A stretch of 64,000 bases of DNA from Sumerlaeia bacterium (lineage in GTDB: Bacteria; Sumerlaeota; Sumerlaeia; SLMS01; JAHLLQ01). Location: assembly GCA_040219255.1 (NCBI GenBank), contig JAVJSW010000056.1:62999-126998 (forward strand). The letters run 5' to 3'. Within the stretch, counting starts at the first letter, position 1, and each line of letters starts with the position of its first letter. The notes beneath the pieces are model-generated. The model had not been told where the DNA came from and ran no database searches. It saw nothing but the letters and a program-made list of their open reading frames with translations. Shown here in pieces: positions 1 through 10,731 of this stretch. The position numbers and the translations under genes were made by a program.

Positions 1-142
1 TCAGGAGGTCACAGGAACGGCTGGACGCGAGACTCGATTGACTGAAAAAACTTGGATCAGTCTTGCTTTGTCCGCATGGCTCGGGCAACAGAAATTCTTC
101 GCGAATGAAGGCGATTCTTCGGATTGTGAGACTGTTAGCGAA

Positions 143-1765
143 CTATGGCTGTCCAGAAGCCAGTCGTCTCGCCGCTTCTTCGGCCTTGAGCCTTGGAATG
201 TGGCTATCGGCCACCTCGCGGACGAACTCGAAGGCCACCAGTTCCTCCGTCTCGATCAACAGCCGCGTGGCTCGTTCGTAGTCATCGACTTCATCGCGGC
301 GGCTTTCCTTGGTGATATAGATGCCGCGCAACCCCGATCGGGCCAGTTCGTGATCGAAGAGCATCACTTCGTCGCCGCTGAAATCGTCGCCATCGCCTTC
401 CTTCAGCGCCGGGATCGCGCGCCCGGCATAGAATTGGACGGTGGTGCGGGCGTCGCCAAAGGTGAAATAGGGCCGCACACTAGGGTCGGCGAGCAGGCCC
501 GACGCGGCCAACCGCTCGCCAAAGTCCTTGTAAGTCCGGTTGTAGAGCCGGGCGGCCGGATCCGCGGTCATCAGGACGAGGCCAAGCACCCAGACCGCCC
601 CCGCGCCGAGGAGCAACCGGCGCCGGCCCGGGCTCTGGCGTTGGAACCAGGGCCAGCGCTCGTCCACCGCGATTTTTCCCATGGCCAGGCAGAGCGGCAC
701 GAACAGCGGCGCCACGTAGAGCGGCAGGCGGCTCTTCGACAGCAGAAAGACCGTGAGCGGCAGCACGAACCAGAATAGCGAAAAGACCTGCCAGGGGGCC
801 AGACCCCGTAGCCGCGTGCCGAGGCCGGTGCCGGATTTGTGGCTCCAGATCTTTCGCGCCAGCCGGGGCCACAGCACGGACCACGGCCCCAGCCCCAGCG
901 CCAGTACCGCCAGGTAAATCCACGGCGGGTTGTTGCGGTCGTGCTCGTCGGTCAGCACGCGGTCGCGCAACTCATCGCCCAGGAAATAGCCGAGGGTCGC
1001 GTGGCCCTCCTGAATCACCATCAGGTACCAGGAAAACGACAGCAGCAGAAAGAGCGGCAAATAGACGAGTGTAATGGGGTGAAAGAACAGGCGCCCGCGG
1101 AGGGAGGTGTTGCGGCCGCTCGCCGCCCAGTACGCGATCAACGCCAGGATCGGCAGCCAGGACGGCGGGCCCTTGGTCAGGAAGGCCAGGGCGAAGGCGA
1201 GCCAGAAGACGCCGCGCCAGAGCCCGGCGCGGCGGGCGCCGCTCCACACGCCCCAGGCGCCCAGCACTCCAAGCGTTTCGAAAAAAACCAGCAGCCCATC
1301 GGTCGTCAACACGCGGCCCGTGGCGAAAGGCATCACCGCCGTCGCATAGACCAGACAAGCGGCCAGAGCCTGCGACCGGCGAAATCCCCACATCCGCCCC
1401 AGCAGAAAAACGCAGCCGATGGTTCCGAGGAACGCCAGCGCATGGGCGAAGCGGGCGCCGTAAGCGTTCACCCCGAAGATCGCCATGCCGCCGTTGATCG
1501 CCCAGTAGGTCAGGGCCGGTTTGGTCAAGTGGGGCTGGCCGGAAATCGCGGGCACGAGCCAGTTGCCCCGCTCGTCCACGCCGTCGCCGGGGGTCTTGGC
1601 GGCGAACATTTCGCGGGCGGCTTCCGCATAGCGCCCCTCGCTGGTTTCGCTGATGGGACGGCCGCCCCAAAAGGCGAAGGCGAGGAAAAGAAAAAAGGCA
1701 GCCCATAGCCAATTTGTCCGGCTTTGGGCATTTCCCTTGCTTCTATTACGGGTCGATTCGTCCAT
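143..1765 (-). CDS. ArnT/PMT-like GT-C membrane glycosyltransferase (lipid A/glycan modification)
   Basis: 540 aa polytopic membrane protein with EGRYAEAAREM, KPALTYW and LTKGP motifs typical of ArnT-family enzymes. Confidence 0.85.
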   Translation of the reverse strand: MDESTRNRSKGNAQSRTNWLWAAFFLFLAFAFWGGRPISETSEGRYAEAAREMFAAKTPGDGVDERGNWLVPAISGQPHLTKPALTYWAINGGMAIFGVNAYGARFAHALAFLGTIGCVFLLGRMWGFRRSQALAACLVYATAVMPFATGRVLTTDGLLVFFETLGVLGAWGVWSGARRAGLWRGVFWLAFALAFLTKGPPSWLPILALIAYWAASGRNTSLRGRLFFHPITLVYLPLFLLLSFSWYLMVIQEGHATLGYFLGDELRDRVLTDEHDRNNPPWIYLAVLALGLGPWSVLWPRLARKIWSHKSGTGLGTRLRGLAPWQVFSLFWFVLPLTVFLLSKSRLPLYVAPLFVPLCLAMGKIAVDERWPWFQRQSPGRRRLLLGAGAVWVLGLVLMTADPAARLYNRTYKDFGERLAASGLLADPSVRPYFTFGDARTTVQFYAGRAIPALKEGDGDDFSGDEVMLFDHELARSGLRGIYITKESRRDEVDDYERATRLLIETEELVAFEFVREVADSHIPRLKAEEAARRLASGQP

Positions 1766-1959
1766 TTTCTTCCAGGTCTACTCGTGACGCGTTCGATTTT
1801 ATGTAAGTGATTGATTAGCGGCCACTCAAAAGGGCCCGCCTTCTCCTTGCAAGGAGGGGCAGGAGTTTGCTCCTATCGGTCTAACAGATGCAACGCCAAG
1901 CCATGTCGACCCAGGATCGCACCGCCACTTTCCCCTCATCCTGAACGGAGCCTCCGCCC

Positions 1960-4080
1960 ATGCTCAAGGCCCAAACTCAAGCGCCCGCGCACTCCATCAC
2001 CTCCGCGGAGGCTCTCGCGCTCTACCGAACGATGGTCACGTCGAGGTGTTTGGATGACGCGGAAATCACCCTGAAGAAGCGCAACCAGGCGTATTTTCAA
2101 ATCAGTTCCGCGGGCCACGAAGCGATCCAGACGGCCCTGGCCCACGTTCTCGATCCCACCCGCGACTGGTTCTTTTTGTACTATCGCGATCGGGCCTTCG
2201 CGTTGCATTTGGGCACCACGCCGCTCGACATGCTGCTCCAGGCCGTTGGCGCCGCCGACGATCCGGCGAGCGCTGGGCGTCAAATGCCCTGCCATTTCTC
2301 CATGCCCGACAAAAATCTCGTCACCGTCTCCAGCGTCACTGGCAGCCGTTGCAACCACGCCGTCGGCGCCGCCGAAGCTGGCCGCATCTGGAAGAAGCTG
2401 GCCGCTGGCGCCAATCACTTCCAGGACGGTGAAGTGGTCCTCATGACCCTCGGCGACGGCACCACCCATCAGGGCGAATTCCAGGAAGCCATCTGGAGTG
2501 CCTGCATCCAGAACCTGCCCCTCCTCACCGTCGTCGAGGACAACGGCTACGCCATCTCCACCCCCGTCGAGGACAACGTGCCCGGCGGCGACATCGCCCG
2601 CGCCATGCAGGGCATGCCGAACCTGACGACCCTGACCATCGATGGCACGGACGTCATCGGCTGCGTCGAGCAATTGCGCGCTCTCGTGGCGAAAATGCGA
2701 TCTGGCATTTACGGCCCCGTCCTTGTCCGCGCCACCACGGTGCGGCCCTACAGCCACTCCCTCTCCGACGACCAGCGCAACTACCGCGTCGCCCAGGAAA
2801 TCGCCGAGGAGGCGAGCCGCTGTCCGCTTCTGGTGGCCGAGCGCCGCCTCCTCGAAAGCGGTCTCGTCACCGCCGAAGAATTGCAAGAAGCCCGCCGCGA
2901 AGTCGAACGCGAGGTGCGCCACGCCATGTCCGCCGCCGTCGAGGCCCCCAAACCGGACCCGGACACCGCCACCGATCACCTCTACGCCACCGAGAACAGC
3001 CCCCTCGACGAAGAACTCTACGGCAAGCACCTGCCCATCGAGGAGCCCGGCGCCGAGCCCATTCCCCTGGCCAAAGCCATCAACCAGACGCTGCACGACG
3101 AAATGGAGCGCGACGAGCGCATCGTCGTTTTCGGCCAGGATGTCGCCGACGCCTCGCGCGAGGAAGCGCTGGCCACCTGCAACGGCAAGGGCGGTGTTTT
3201 CAAAGTCACCGCCGGGCTGACCAAGCGCTTCGGTAAGCACCGCTGCTTCAACGGCTCCCTCGCCGAAGCCAACATCGTCGGCCGCGCCATCGGCATGGCG
3301 GCGCGGGGCCTGCGCCCCGTGGTCGAGGTCCAGTTCTTCGACTACATCTGGACGGCGATGCAGCAGCTCCGCCTGGAAATGGCCACCATGCGCTATCGCA
3401 GCGGCGGCGCCTGGACCGCCCCGGTGGTGGTCCGCGTCCCCATCGGCGGCTACCTGCGCGGCGGCTCGATCTACCACAGCCAAACCGGCGAAGGCATCTT
3501 CACCCAATGCCCCGGCCTGCGCATCGCCTACCCCAGCAACGCCCAGGACGCCGCCGGCCTCCTGCGCACCGCCATCCGCTGCGACGATCCGGTGCTGTTC
3601 CTCGAGCCTAAGCACCTGTACTATCAGACCTACAACCGCACCCCCTACCCCGGCGCGGAGTACACGCTGCCCTTCGGCAAGGCCGCCACCCGCCGCCAAG
3701 GCCGCGACATCACCATCGTCACCTGGGGCGCTCTGGTCCAGAAAAGCCTGGAAGCCGCCGAACGGCTCGCCCGCGAAGACGGCTACGAAGCCGAAGTCAT
3801 CGATATCCGCACCCTCAATCCCCTCGACGAAGACACCATCTTCGAGAGCGTCCGCCGCACCCACCGCGTCGTCATCGCCTGCGAAGAAGGCCTGACCGGC
3901 GGGTTCGCGGGAGAAATCGCGGCGCTGATTTCCGAGCACTGCTTCGAATGGCTCGACGCCCCCATTCGCCGCGTCGCCAGCCTGCCCTGCTGGGTAGCCT
4001 ACTCGCCGGTTCTCGAGGACCGCATCCTCCCCCAAACCGACGATGTCTTCACGAGCATCCGGGACCTGGTGCGCTACTGA
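1960..4080 (+). CDS. Fused E1 alpha/beta 2-oxoacid dehydrogenase (branched-chain/pyruvate type)
   Basis: TPP-binding GDG...EDNGYAIS in the alpha half; FGQDV, VEVQFFDYI, PVLFLEPK and a transketolase-like C-terminal domain in the beta half. Confidence 0.93.
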   Translation: MLKAQTQAPAHSITSAEALALYRTMVTSRCLDDAEITLKKRNQAYFQISSAGHEAIQTALAHVLDPTRDWFFLYYRDRAFALHLGTTPLDMLLQAVGAADDPASAGRQMPCHFSMPDKNLVTVSSVTGSRCNHAVGAAEAGRIWKKLAAGANHFQDGEVVLMTLGDGTTHQGEFQEAIWSACIQNLPLLTVVEDNGYAISTPVEDNVPGGDIARAMQGMPNLTTLTIDGTDVIGCVEQLRALVAKMRSGIYGPVLVRATTVRPYSHSLSDDQRNYRVAQEIAEEASRCPLLVAERRLLESGLVTAEELQEARREVEREVRHAMSAAVEAPKPDPDTATDHLYATENSPLDEELYGKHLPIEEPGAEPIPLAKAINQTLHDEMERDERIVVFGQDVADASREEALATCNGKGGVFKVTAGLTKRFGKHRCFNGSLAEANIVGRAIGMAARGLRPVVEVQFFDYIWTAMQQLRLEMATMRYRSGGAWTAPVVVRVPIGGYLRGGSIYHSQTGEGIFTQCPGLRIAYPSNAQDAAGLLRTAIRCDDPVLFLEPKHLYYQTYNRTPYPGAEYTLPFGKAATRRQGRDITIVTWGALVQKSLEAAERLAREDGYEAEVIDIRTLNPLDEDTIFESVRRTHRVVIACEEGLTGGFAGEIAALISEHCFEWLDAPIRRVASLPCWVAYSPVLEDRILPQTDDVFTSIRDLVRY

Positions 4081-4138
4081 CGCCCCTCGCCCGTTCCCGC
4101 GGGCGAAGCGCCGCCGCTGACGCAATGAAAGCGGACTC

Positions 4139-5095
4139 TCAGTAGGAGGGCGTGAAGTCCTCGAATCGCTTCAGCAACTCCCTGTCCCCCACCGCCGGAC
4201 GGCCGAGGCGGCGGCGGTGCCTCAGCACCCGAGGCAGACGACGCAGCGCCCCGAAAAACCCGCGCGTCAGGCGCCTGGGGTTGCCCCGCGTCCATTCCTG
4301 GGCCACCGACACCGGCAGTCGTAACCCATGGTTCATCAACAGTCCAGGGTCCGTCAGGTTCGCCCACTCGAACAGCAGATGGTTGCGCGCCTTCATCGCC
4401 TCCACGGCCTCGCGGCCATAACGCTTCGTCATCGACCCGCCGCCGATATGCAGCGCCACCGCCTCTGGGTCGTAAAGGCTGCGGTAGCCTGCCTTGGCCG
4501 CGCGGTAGCTCAGGTCGTAGTCCTCCCAGTAGCCCGGCTCGAACAGCCGCGCCAGCCCGCCCAGCCGCAGAAACAGCGCCCGGTCGTAGGCCGCCGCACC
4601 GGCCTGAACGAACAGGCATTCCGCCGCCCGCTCTGGCGTGCGATAGGCTGGCGTCACCCGGCCGCCGCGCCACACGGCGCCCATGCAGACCTGGTTCGGG
4701 GCGCCATCGTACCAGTCCATCGTGCGGGCGCTGACGGCGAAGAGAGGCGCTTCGCCTGCGTCCTCGAAAAACCACCGCGTCAGGTTGCCGATAAACGGCT
4801 CCTTCGCGCTCAGGTCGTTGTTGCAGAGCACCACCACACGCCCCCGCGCCGCGGAGACGCCGCGCATCACCGTGACCGCGAAGCCCCGGTTCCGCGGCGT
4901 TTTCACCAGCCGCACGCGAGGGAATCGCTCTCGGATCAGGGCCACCGACTCGTCCGTGCTGGCGTCGTCCACGCAGATCAGCTCGCAGGAGCGCCCGCTC
5001 GCCCGCGCCGAGAGCTGCAAGCTGCTCAGGCACCGCGCGATCACGTCGGCGCCCTGCCAATTGGCGACGACGATGGAGACATCCGGATCGGACAA
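4139..5095 (-). CDS. Glycosyltransferase family 2
   Basis: VSIVVANW, CVDDASTD, NRGFA, LCNND and YWEDYDLSYRA motifs; TTG start. Confidence 0.9.
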   Translation of the reverse strand: MSDPDVSIVVANWQGADVIARCLSSLQLSARASGRSCELICVDDASTDESVALIRERFPRVRLVKTPRNRGFAVTVMRGVSAARGRVVVLCNNDLSAKEPFIGNLTRWFFEDAGEAPLFAVSARTMDWYDGAPNQVCMGAVWRGGRVTPAYRTPERAAECLFVQAGAAAYDRALFLRLGGLARLFEPGYWEDYDLSYRAAKAGYRSLYDPEAVALHIGGGSMTKRYGREAVEAMKARNHLLFEWANLTDPGLLMNHGLRLPVSVAQEWTRGNPRRLTRGFFGALRRLPRVLRHRRRLGRPAVGDRELLKRFEDFTPSY

Positions 5096-5100
5096 GGTTT

Positions 5101-5170
5101 TAGCCGCCGATAAATAGGAGAAATGGGATTTTGATTCTTATCTTATTCATCTGCATCCATCTGCGGCCAA
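5101..5170. repeat. Inverted-repeat element, family A (GCCGC(A/C)GAT arms of three 9-10 nt units)
   Basis: Left arm tagccgccgataaataggagaaatgggat; right arm reverse complement tggccgcagatggatgcagatgaataagat; related copy at 18361-18490. Confidence 0.7.
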
Positions 5171-5171
5171 A

Positions 5172-6755
5172 TCAGGCCCCGACCGGCTCGGCCGGTTTTT
5201 TCGGCAGGACCAATTGCCCCAGCCGTTTCGTGCCCGCCTTGACGTATTGGAAGGTCTGGCGCGGGCCGCCGGCTTTCAGGAGCATGCGGCTGATGTAGCG
5301 CGGCCGCAGGTACATCTTGAGCAGGTGCTCGCGGCGCCATTTGACCAGTTGGGCGCTCGACATGCCCGACAGCGTCCGGATGCCGCCGGTGGCGTAGCCC
5401 GCGCGGGCGGGGTCGTAGCTCGCCTCGAACAGCCCCTCGCGCAACGCGATTTCGTGCAGTTCGGTGCCCGGCAGCGGCGTCGCCAGGTTGAAATCGAAGA
5501 AGTCCGGGTCCAGGTCCTTGAGGAATTGATAGGTCCGCTCGAGCGTTTCCTCCGTCTCCCACGGCAGTCCGATCACCATGAACGCGTGGGTCCGCAGGCC
5601 ATTGCGCTTGCAGCAGGCCACCGCCTCGCGCGCCTGCTCCAGCGTCGCGTCCTTCTTCATTTGCACCAGCATGTCCGCATCGCCCGTTTCGATACCGAAG
5701 GCCACGACCCAGCAACCCGCGCGCTTCATTGCCGCGGCCCGTTCGTCGTCCATCGTGTCGACGCGGCTGTTGCAGCCCCAGTGAATATCCAGCCCGCGCT
5801 CGACGATCTGATCGCAGAGCCGCATCAGCCAGCGCTTGTTGATCGTGAACGTGTCGCCGTGGAAGAGGAACTCGCGGATGCCGTACTTCGCCACGCATTC
5901 GGCCAACTCATCCACAACGCTCTCCGTCGAGCGAAAGCGCACCGTGAAATCCGTCAGCACCCCCGCCGGGCAATAGACGCACTTGCTCGGGCAGCCACGA
6001 TTGCCATGCACCACGGTCAGGGGACGCCCCGTCTCGGGCGAGATATAGACCTCGTTGCGCAGCAGGTGACGCGCGGGCAGCGGCAGCTCGTCCAGCTTCG
6101 CCGGCAGGTCCCTCTTGCCGGTGAAGAACACGTTCTCCGCCTCCGCCCCGGCCAGGATCGCGGCGGGAACTTCCTCCCCGAAACGCTTGCGCAGGCGGCC
6201 CGCCACCTGGGCTTTGCCCTCTGGCACGACTAGGTTTTCGTTCGGCCGTTCGCCGAAGCGGTCGAGCAAATCGCTGCGGAAATGCAGGCCCTTGATGGCG
6301 CAGAAAGGCCGGCCCTCGGCGATTTCCGCCACCGCTTCCTCCGCCTCGTTGGGCAGGATCACGTCCACCTCGGGGTGATCGCGCAGCACCGTCTTGGCGT
6401 TCACGATCAACGTTTCGCCCTTGGCCAGCGTCACCACATGGGGCAGCAACTCCTTGGCGAGACGGCACGTTTCCAGATCGCCCGCCATCGTGGCGGTCGT
6501 CGTGTTGATCATGATGCCGTCGGGTTGGAACTCTTCCACATCGGCCAGAAAGGCCTCCCAACCGCGGTTCGTGGCGGGATAGTCCTCGATGCGGCACTCG
6601 GTGCCCAAGCGCTCGCTGCAGGCCGCCGCCAGCGCCAAGTCCATCGGCGGAAAGACAATCTGCACCGTCTGATCCTCCACGGTGCACTGGCACCGGTCGT
6701 CGCGGCGATACAGGCCAGTCGGCGGATTGAGAAGAAGGAGTTTTTTCAGGCGCAT
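5172..6755 (-). CDS. B12-binding radical SAM protein
   Basis: LLLNPP start, cobalamin-binding-like N-terminal domain, RGCPSKCVYC (CxxxCxxC), FGIETG, FMVIGLPWET; start moved to ATG at 6755. Confidence 0.9.
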   Translation of the reverse strand: MRLKKLLLLNPPTGLYRRDDRCQCTVEDQTVQIVFPPMDLALAAACSERLGTECRIEDYPATNRGWEAFLADVEEFQPDGIMINTTTATMAGDLETCRLAKELLPHVVTLAKGETLIVNAKTVLRDHPEVDVILPNEAEEAVAEIAEGRPFCAIKGLHFRSDLLDRFGERPNENLVVPEGKAQVAGRLRKRFGEEVPAAILAGAEAENVFFTGKRDLPAKLDELPLPARHLLRNEVYISPETGRPLTVVHGNRGCPSKCVYCPAGVLTDFTVRFRSTESVVDELAECVAKYGIREFLFHGDTFTINKRWLMRLCDQIVERGLDIHWGCNSRVDTMDDERAAAMKRAGCWVVAFGIETGDADMLVQMKKDATLEQAREAVACCKRNGLRTHAFMVIGLPWETEETLERTYQFLKDLDPDFFDFNLATPLPGTELHEIALREGLFEASYDPARAGYATGGIRTLSGMSSAQLVKWRREHLLKMYLRPRYISRMLLKAGGPRQTFQYVKAGTKRLGQLVLPKKPAEPVGA

Positions 6756-6913
6756 AGGGTGGGGGTCTTGCCGCGTTCTGTGGGCGGTGTGCTTCATGGG
6801 GTGGAAGGGCCAGGGCGACATGCGCTCTGCCGAATTCATCGGTCAGAACCTAAACGGGTATGACGTGCTCTTGTCCACCAAAAGCGCCCGTTCGGCCGCC
6901 GCCCGCCGCTACC

Positions 6914-7846
6914 TCAGCACCCGCCCTCGAATCCCGGAGCCGGTTCGATATGCACCACCACGTCGCGCACGTTGTACGGACTGTCGATCAGGGTGCGCTT
7001 CACCGCCCCGGCGATGTCGTGGCCCTGGGAAACCGTCAGATCCCCATCCACCTCGACATGGATGTCCATCAGCAGGCCGAGCCCGCTCCTGCGCACACGG
7101 CATTTTTCGATATCGACCACATCGGGCACCGCGCGGGCGATGGCGCGCAATTCCGCTTCGACCTCGTGCCCGACGTTGGCGTCCATCATGTCGTCGATAC
7201 TGCGGCGCAGGAAATTGATGCCGTTGTACGCAATCACCGAGCACGCCAACAGCGCCGCCCAATCGTCGGCCGCCTCCCAGCCCGGCCCCCCGATCAGTGC
7301 GATAGCGATCCCGACGAAGGCCGCGGCGGACGTGATGGCGTCGGAAATGTGGTGCAGCGCGTCGCTCTCCATCGCCAGCGACTTCATCTCGGCCCCCATG
7401 CGCCTCAACGTCCGCGATAGCGCGTACTTCGCCCCCACGACCACCACCAGCACCGGCAGCGTGAACCACGCCGGGGCATGATGCGGCGTCTGGATTTCCC
7501 GCACGCTGTGCCACGCGATCAGGCCCGCCACTAACAGCAGCGTCCCCGCCACCACGAAGCCCGCCAGCGTCTCCGCCTTGCCATGGCCGTAGGGGTGCTT
7601 TTCATCCGGCGGCCGGATCGACATGTAGATGCCGAACAGCACCACCACGGACGTCACGATATCCGCCAGCGACTCGATCCCATCGGCGATCAGAGCGTAC
7701 GAATTGCCCACGGCACCGGTGACGATCTTCAGCGCCGCCAGGCACAGACTGACCATGATGCCAATGGCCGTCAGCCGCATCGCACCGCCCACGTTCAGGG
7801 CGGGAGGCTGGGCCGGGGCGGGCTTTTCCGGAGTCGAAGAAGGCAT
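6914..7846 (-). CDS. Cation diffusion facilitator (FieF/CzcD family)
   Basis: ALIADGIESLAD, PPDEKHPYGHGKAE, HHISD and C-terminal VVVHIEP motifs. Confidence 0.93.
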   Translation of the reverse strand: MPSSTPEKPAPAQPPALNVGGAMRLTAIGIMVSLCLAALKIVTGAVGNSYALIADGIESLADIVTSVVVLFGIYMSIRPPDEKHPYGHGKAETLAGFVVAGTLLLVAGLIAWHSVREIQTPHHAPAWFTLPVLVVVVGAKYALSRTLRRMGAEMKSLAMESDALHHISDAITSAAAFVGIAIALIGGPGWEAADDWAALLACSVIAYNGINFLRRSIDDMMDANVGHEVEAELRAIARAVPDVVDIEKCRVRRSGLGLLMDIHVEVDGDLTVSQGHDIAGAVKRTLIDSPYNVRDVVVHIEPAPGFEGGC

Positions 7847-7968
7847 CAGAGCGCCCCTAAAAAGGTAACACGGCCGTCCCGGCCGTGACCAGCCCGCCCC
7901 CTCCCACGCCCGTAACTGTTATAGAAACAAAGCTCTCGGTTGAGATTGGCGAAGGACAGAGGCGAGAG

Positions 7969-7984
7969 TTTTTCACGTGAAACG
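7969..7984. promoter_or_regulatory. parS-like palindrome
   Basis: TTTTTCACGTGAAACG matches the parS consensus TGTTTCACGTGAAACA at 14/16 positions; intergenic. Confidence 0.4.
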
Positions 7985-7990
7985 CTGCGG

Positions 7991-8101
7991 AGCACAGGCT
8001 GGAGAGCCTGTGCTACACGGGCTGCCGGTGCTCTCTTTAAATGTGGCACAGGCACTCTTGCCTGTGTGCTGAGAGCCAAGGGCTAAAGTGCCTGCGCCAC
8101 A
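7991..8101. repeat. REP cluster (GTAG/GTGG-tagged hairpins)
   Basis: 7991-8017 reverse complement tGTAGcacaggctctccagcctgtgct; 8043-8066 GTGGcacaggcactcttgcctgtg; degenerate inverted partner at 8077-8101. Confidence 0.75.
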
Positions 8102-8111
8102 TGGTGGGCCG

Positions 8112-9314
<1,203 letters not shown>

Positions 9315-9546
9315 AGGTCGGAAACTCTCTCTGTGCTGTCGGGGACGCCGCGCGGGCGGGCGGGGCGAAGGGACAAGGGCCTCGCCGTTTCCCCGGAATG
9401 AAGTGCACAAACGCTAGGAGGCCTCCGCGCCGCAAGGCAAGACGGAATGGAGCGGCGGGCGGCCGGTGAGGGCTTTTCGTTGCGGCGGGTGTAACGAGGC
9501 CTCAACCAATCGGTAACCTTCTTCCCTCCAACCCGGGAGTTAATCG

Positions 9547-10731
9547 ATGCCCGCCGCAGGCCCCCTGAGAGAACTCGCCGCGCTTTTTCTCCGCCTTGGC
9601 TTCACCGCCTTCGGAGGCCCCGCCGCCCACATCGCCATGCTCGAGGACGAGGTGGTGACGCGGCGCGGGTGGTTGACGCATCAGGACTTCCTCGATTTTC
9701 TGGGCGTCACGAACCTGATCCCGGGGCCGAATTCGACAGAAATGGCGCTACACGTCGGTATGGCCCGCGCCGGGTGGCGGGGGCTCCTGGTGGCGGGGGC
9801 GTGCTTCCTGGGACCGGCGGTGCTGCTGACCGGCATCGCCGCGTGGCTATACGTCCGTTTCGGATCTGTACCCGAGGCAAAACCTTTGCTGGCCGGTATC
9901 CAAGCCGCCGTCCTAGCCGTCATCGCCGGGGCGTTGTGGAAGCTCGGCAAGAAGGCCATCAAAGGCCCCGGCCTCGCCCTGCTCGGCGCCGGCGTCGTGG
10001 CCGCGTCGCTCCTGGGCGCGGGCGAAATCACCCTCCTCGCAGCCAGCGGCCTCCTCTGGGCGCTCCTCGCCAAAGCCCGCCCGGCGAAAGCCACCGCCGC
10101 CAAAGCCACCGGCCTCCTTGCCCTCGGCGCCGCAGGGCCCGCCTCCGCCGCCACCACCGGCACCCTTGCTACGGCTGCCGGCGCCGCCGCCTTAGCGCCC
10201 GTCAGCCTCGCCGCCCTGGGCCTTTTCTTCCTCAAGATCGGCGCGGTTCTTTACGGCAGCGGCTACGTCCTGATCGCGTTTCTCGAGGGTGGCCTGGTTG
10301 ACGAACGCGGCTGGCTAACCCGGCAGCAACTCCTCGACGCCGTCGCCCTGGGCCAGTTCACGCCCGGCCCGGTGCTTTCCACCGCGACCTTTATCGGCTA
10401 TCTGCTGGCGGGCTGGCCGGGGGCGATTGTCGCCACGGCTGGAATTTTTCTACCCAGTTTTTGTTTTGTACCCCTGGTTCATCACCGGGTCAAAGCGCTC
10501 CGCAAGAACGCCTTCACCGCCGCCCTGCTCGATGGCGTCAACGTCGCCGCTATGGGCTTGATCGCGGCGGTCCTGATCCAGCTCTCCGCCGTCGTCGCCG
10601 ACTCCTGGGGAGCCGCCGCCATCGGCCTCGCCAGCGCCGTGGCGGTCCTGCGCTTTCGCGTCAGCGCGCTCTGGGTCGTTCCCGCCGGGGGGCTACTCGG
10701 TCTTGTCCTCGGGGCCCTCGGCCTCCTCTAG
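9547..10731 (+). CDS. chrA: Chromate ion transporter (long-chain CHR family)
   Basis: FLRLGFTAFGGPAAHIAM, IPGPNSTE, and second half YGSGY...QFTPGP. Confidence 0.92.
   Translation: MPAAGPLRELAALFLRLGFTAFGGPAAHIAMLEDEVVTRRGWLTHQDFLDFLGVTNLIPGPNSTEMALHVGMARAGWRGLLVAGACFLGPAVLLTGIAAWLYVRFGSVPEAKPLLAGIQAAVLAVIAGALWKLGKKAIKGPGLALLGAGVVAASLLGAGEITLLAASGLLWALLAKARPAKATAAKATGLLALGAAGPASAATTGTLATAAGAAALAPVSLAALGLFFLKIGAVLYGSGYVLIAFLEGGLVDERGWLTRQQLLDAVALGQFTPGPVLSTATFIGYLLAGWPGAIVATAGIFLPSFCFVPLVHHRVKALRKNAFTAALLDGVNVAAMGLIAAVLIQLSAVVADSWGAAAIGLASAVAVLRFRVSALWVVPAGGLLGLVLGALGLL

Noticed and set aside
1936-4125. Long antisense ORFs (here and at 12453-14420, 20082-21806, 29029-30816, 61351-62880)
   Set aside because: They are shadow frames of well-supported genes in high-GC DNA and show no recognisable motifs.
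9315-9546. SAM riboswitch upstream of metK
   Set aside because: I could not find SAM-I, SAM-II or SMK consensus elements by eye; only a promoter-like TTGCCT...TAGCGT. A cmscan run would settle it.
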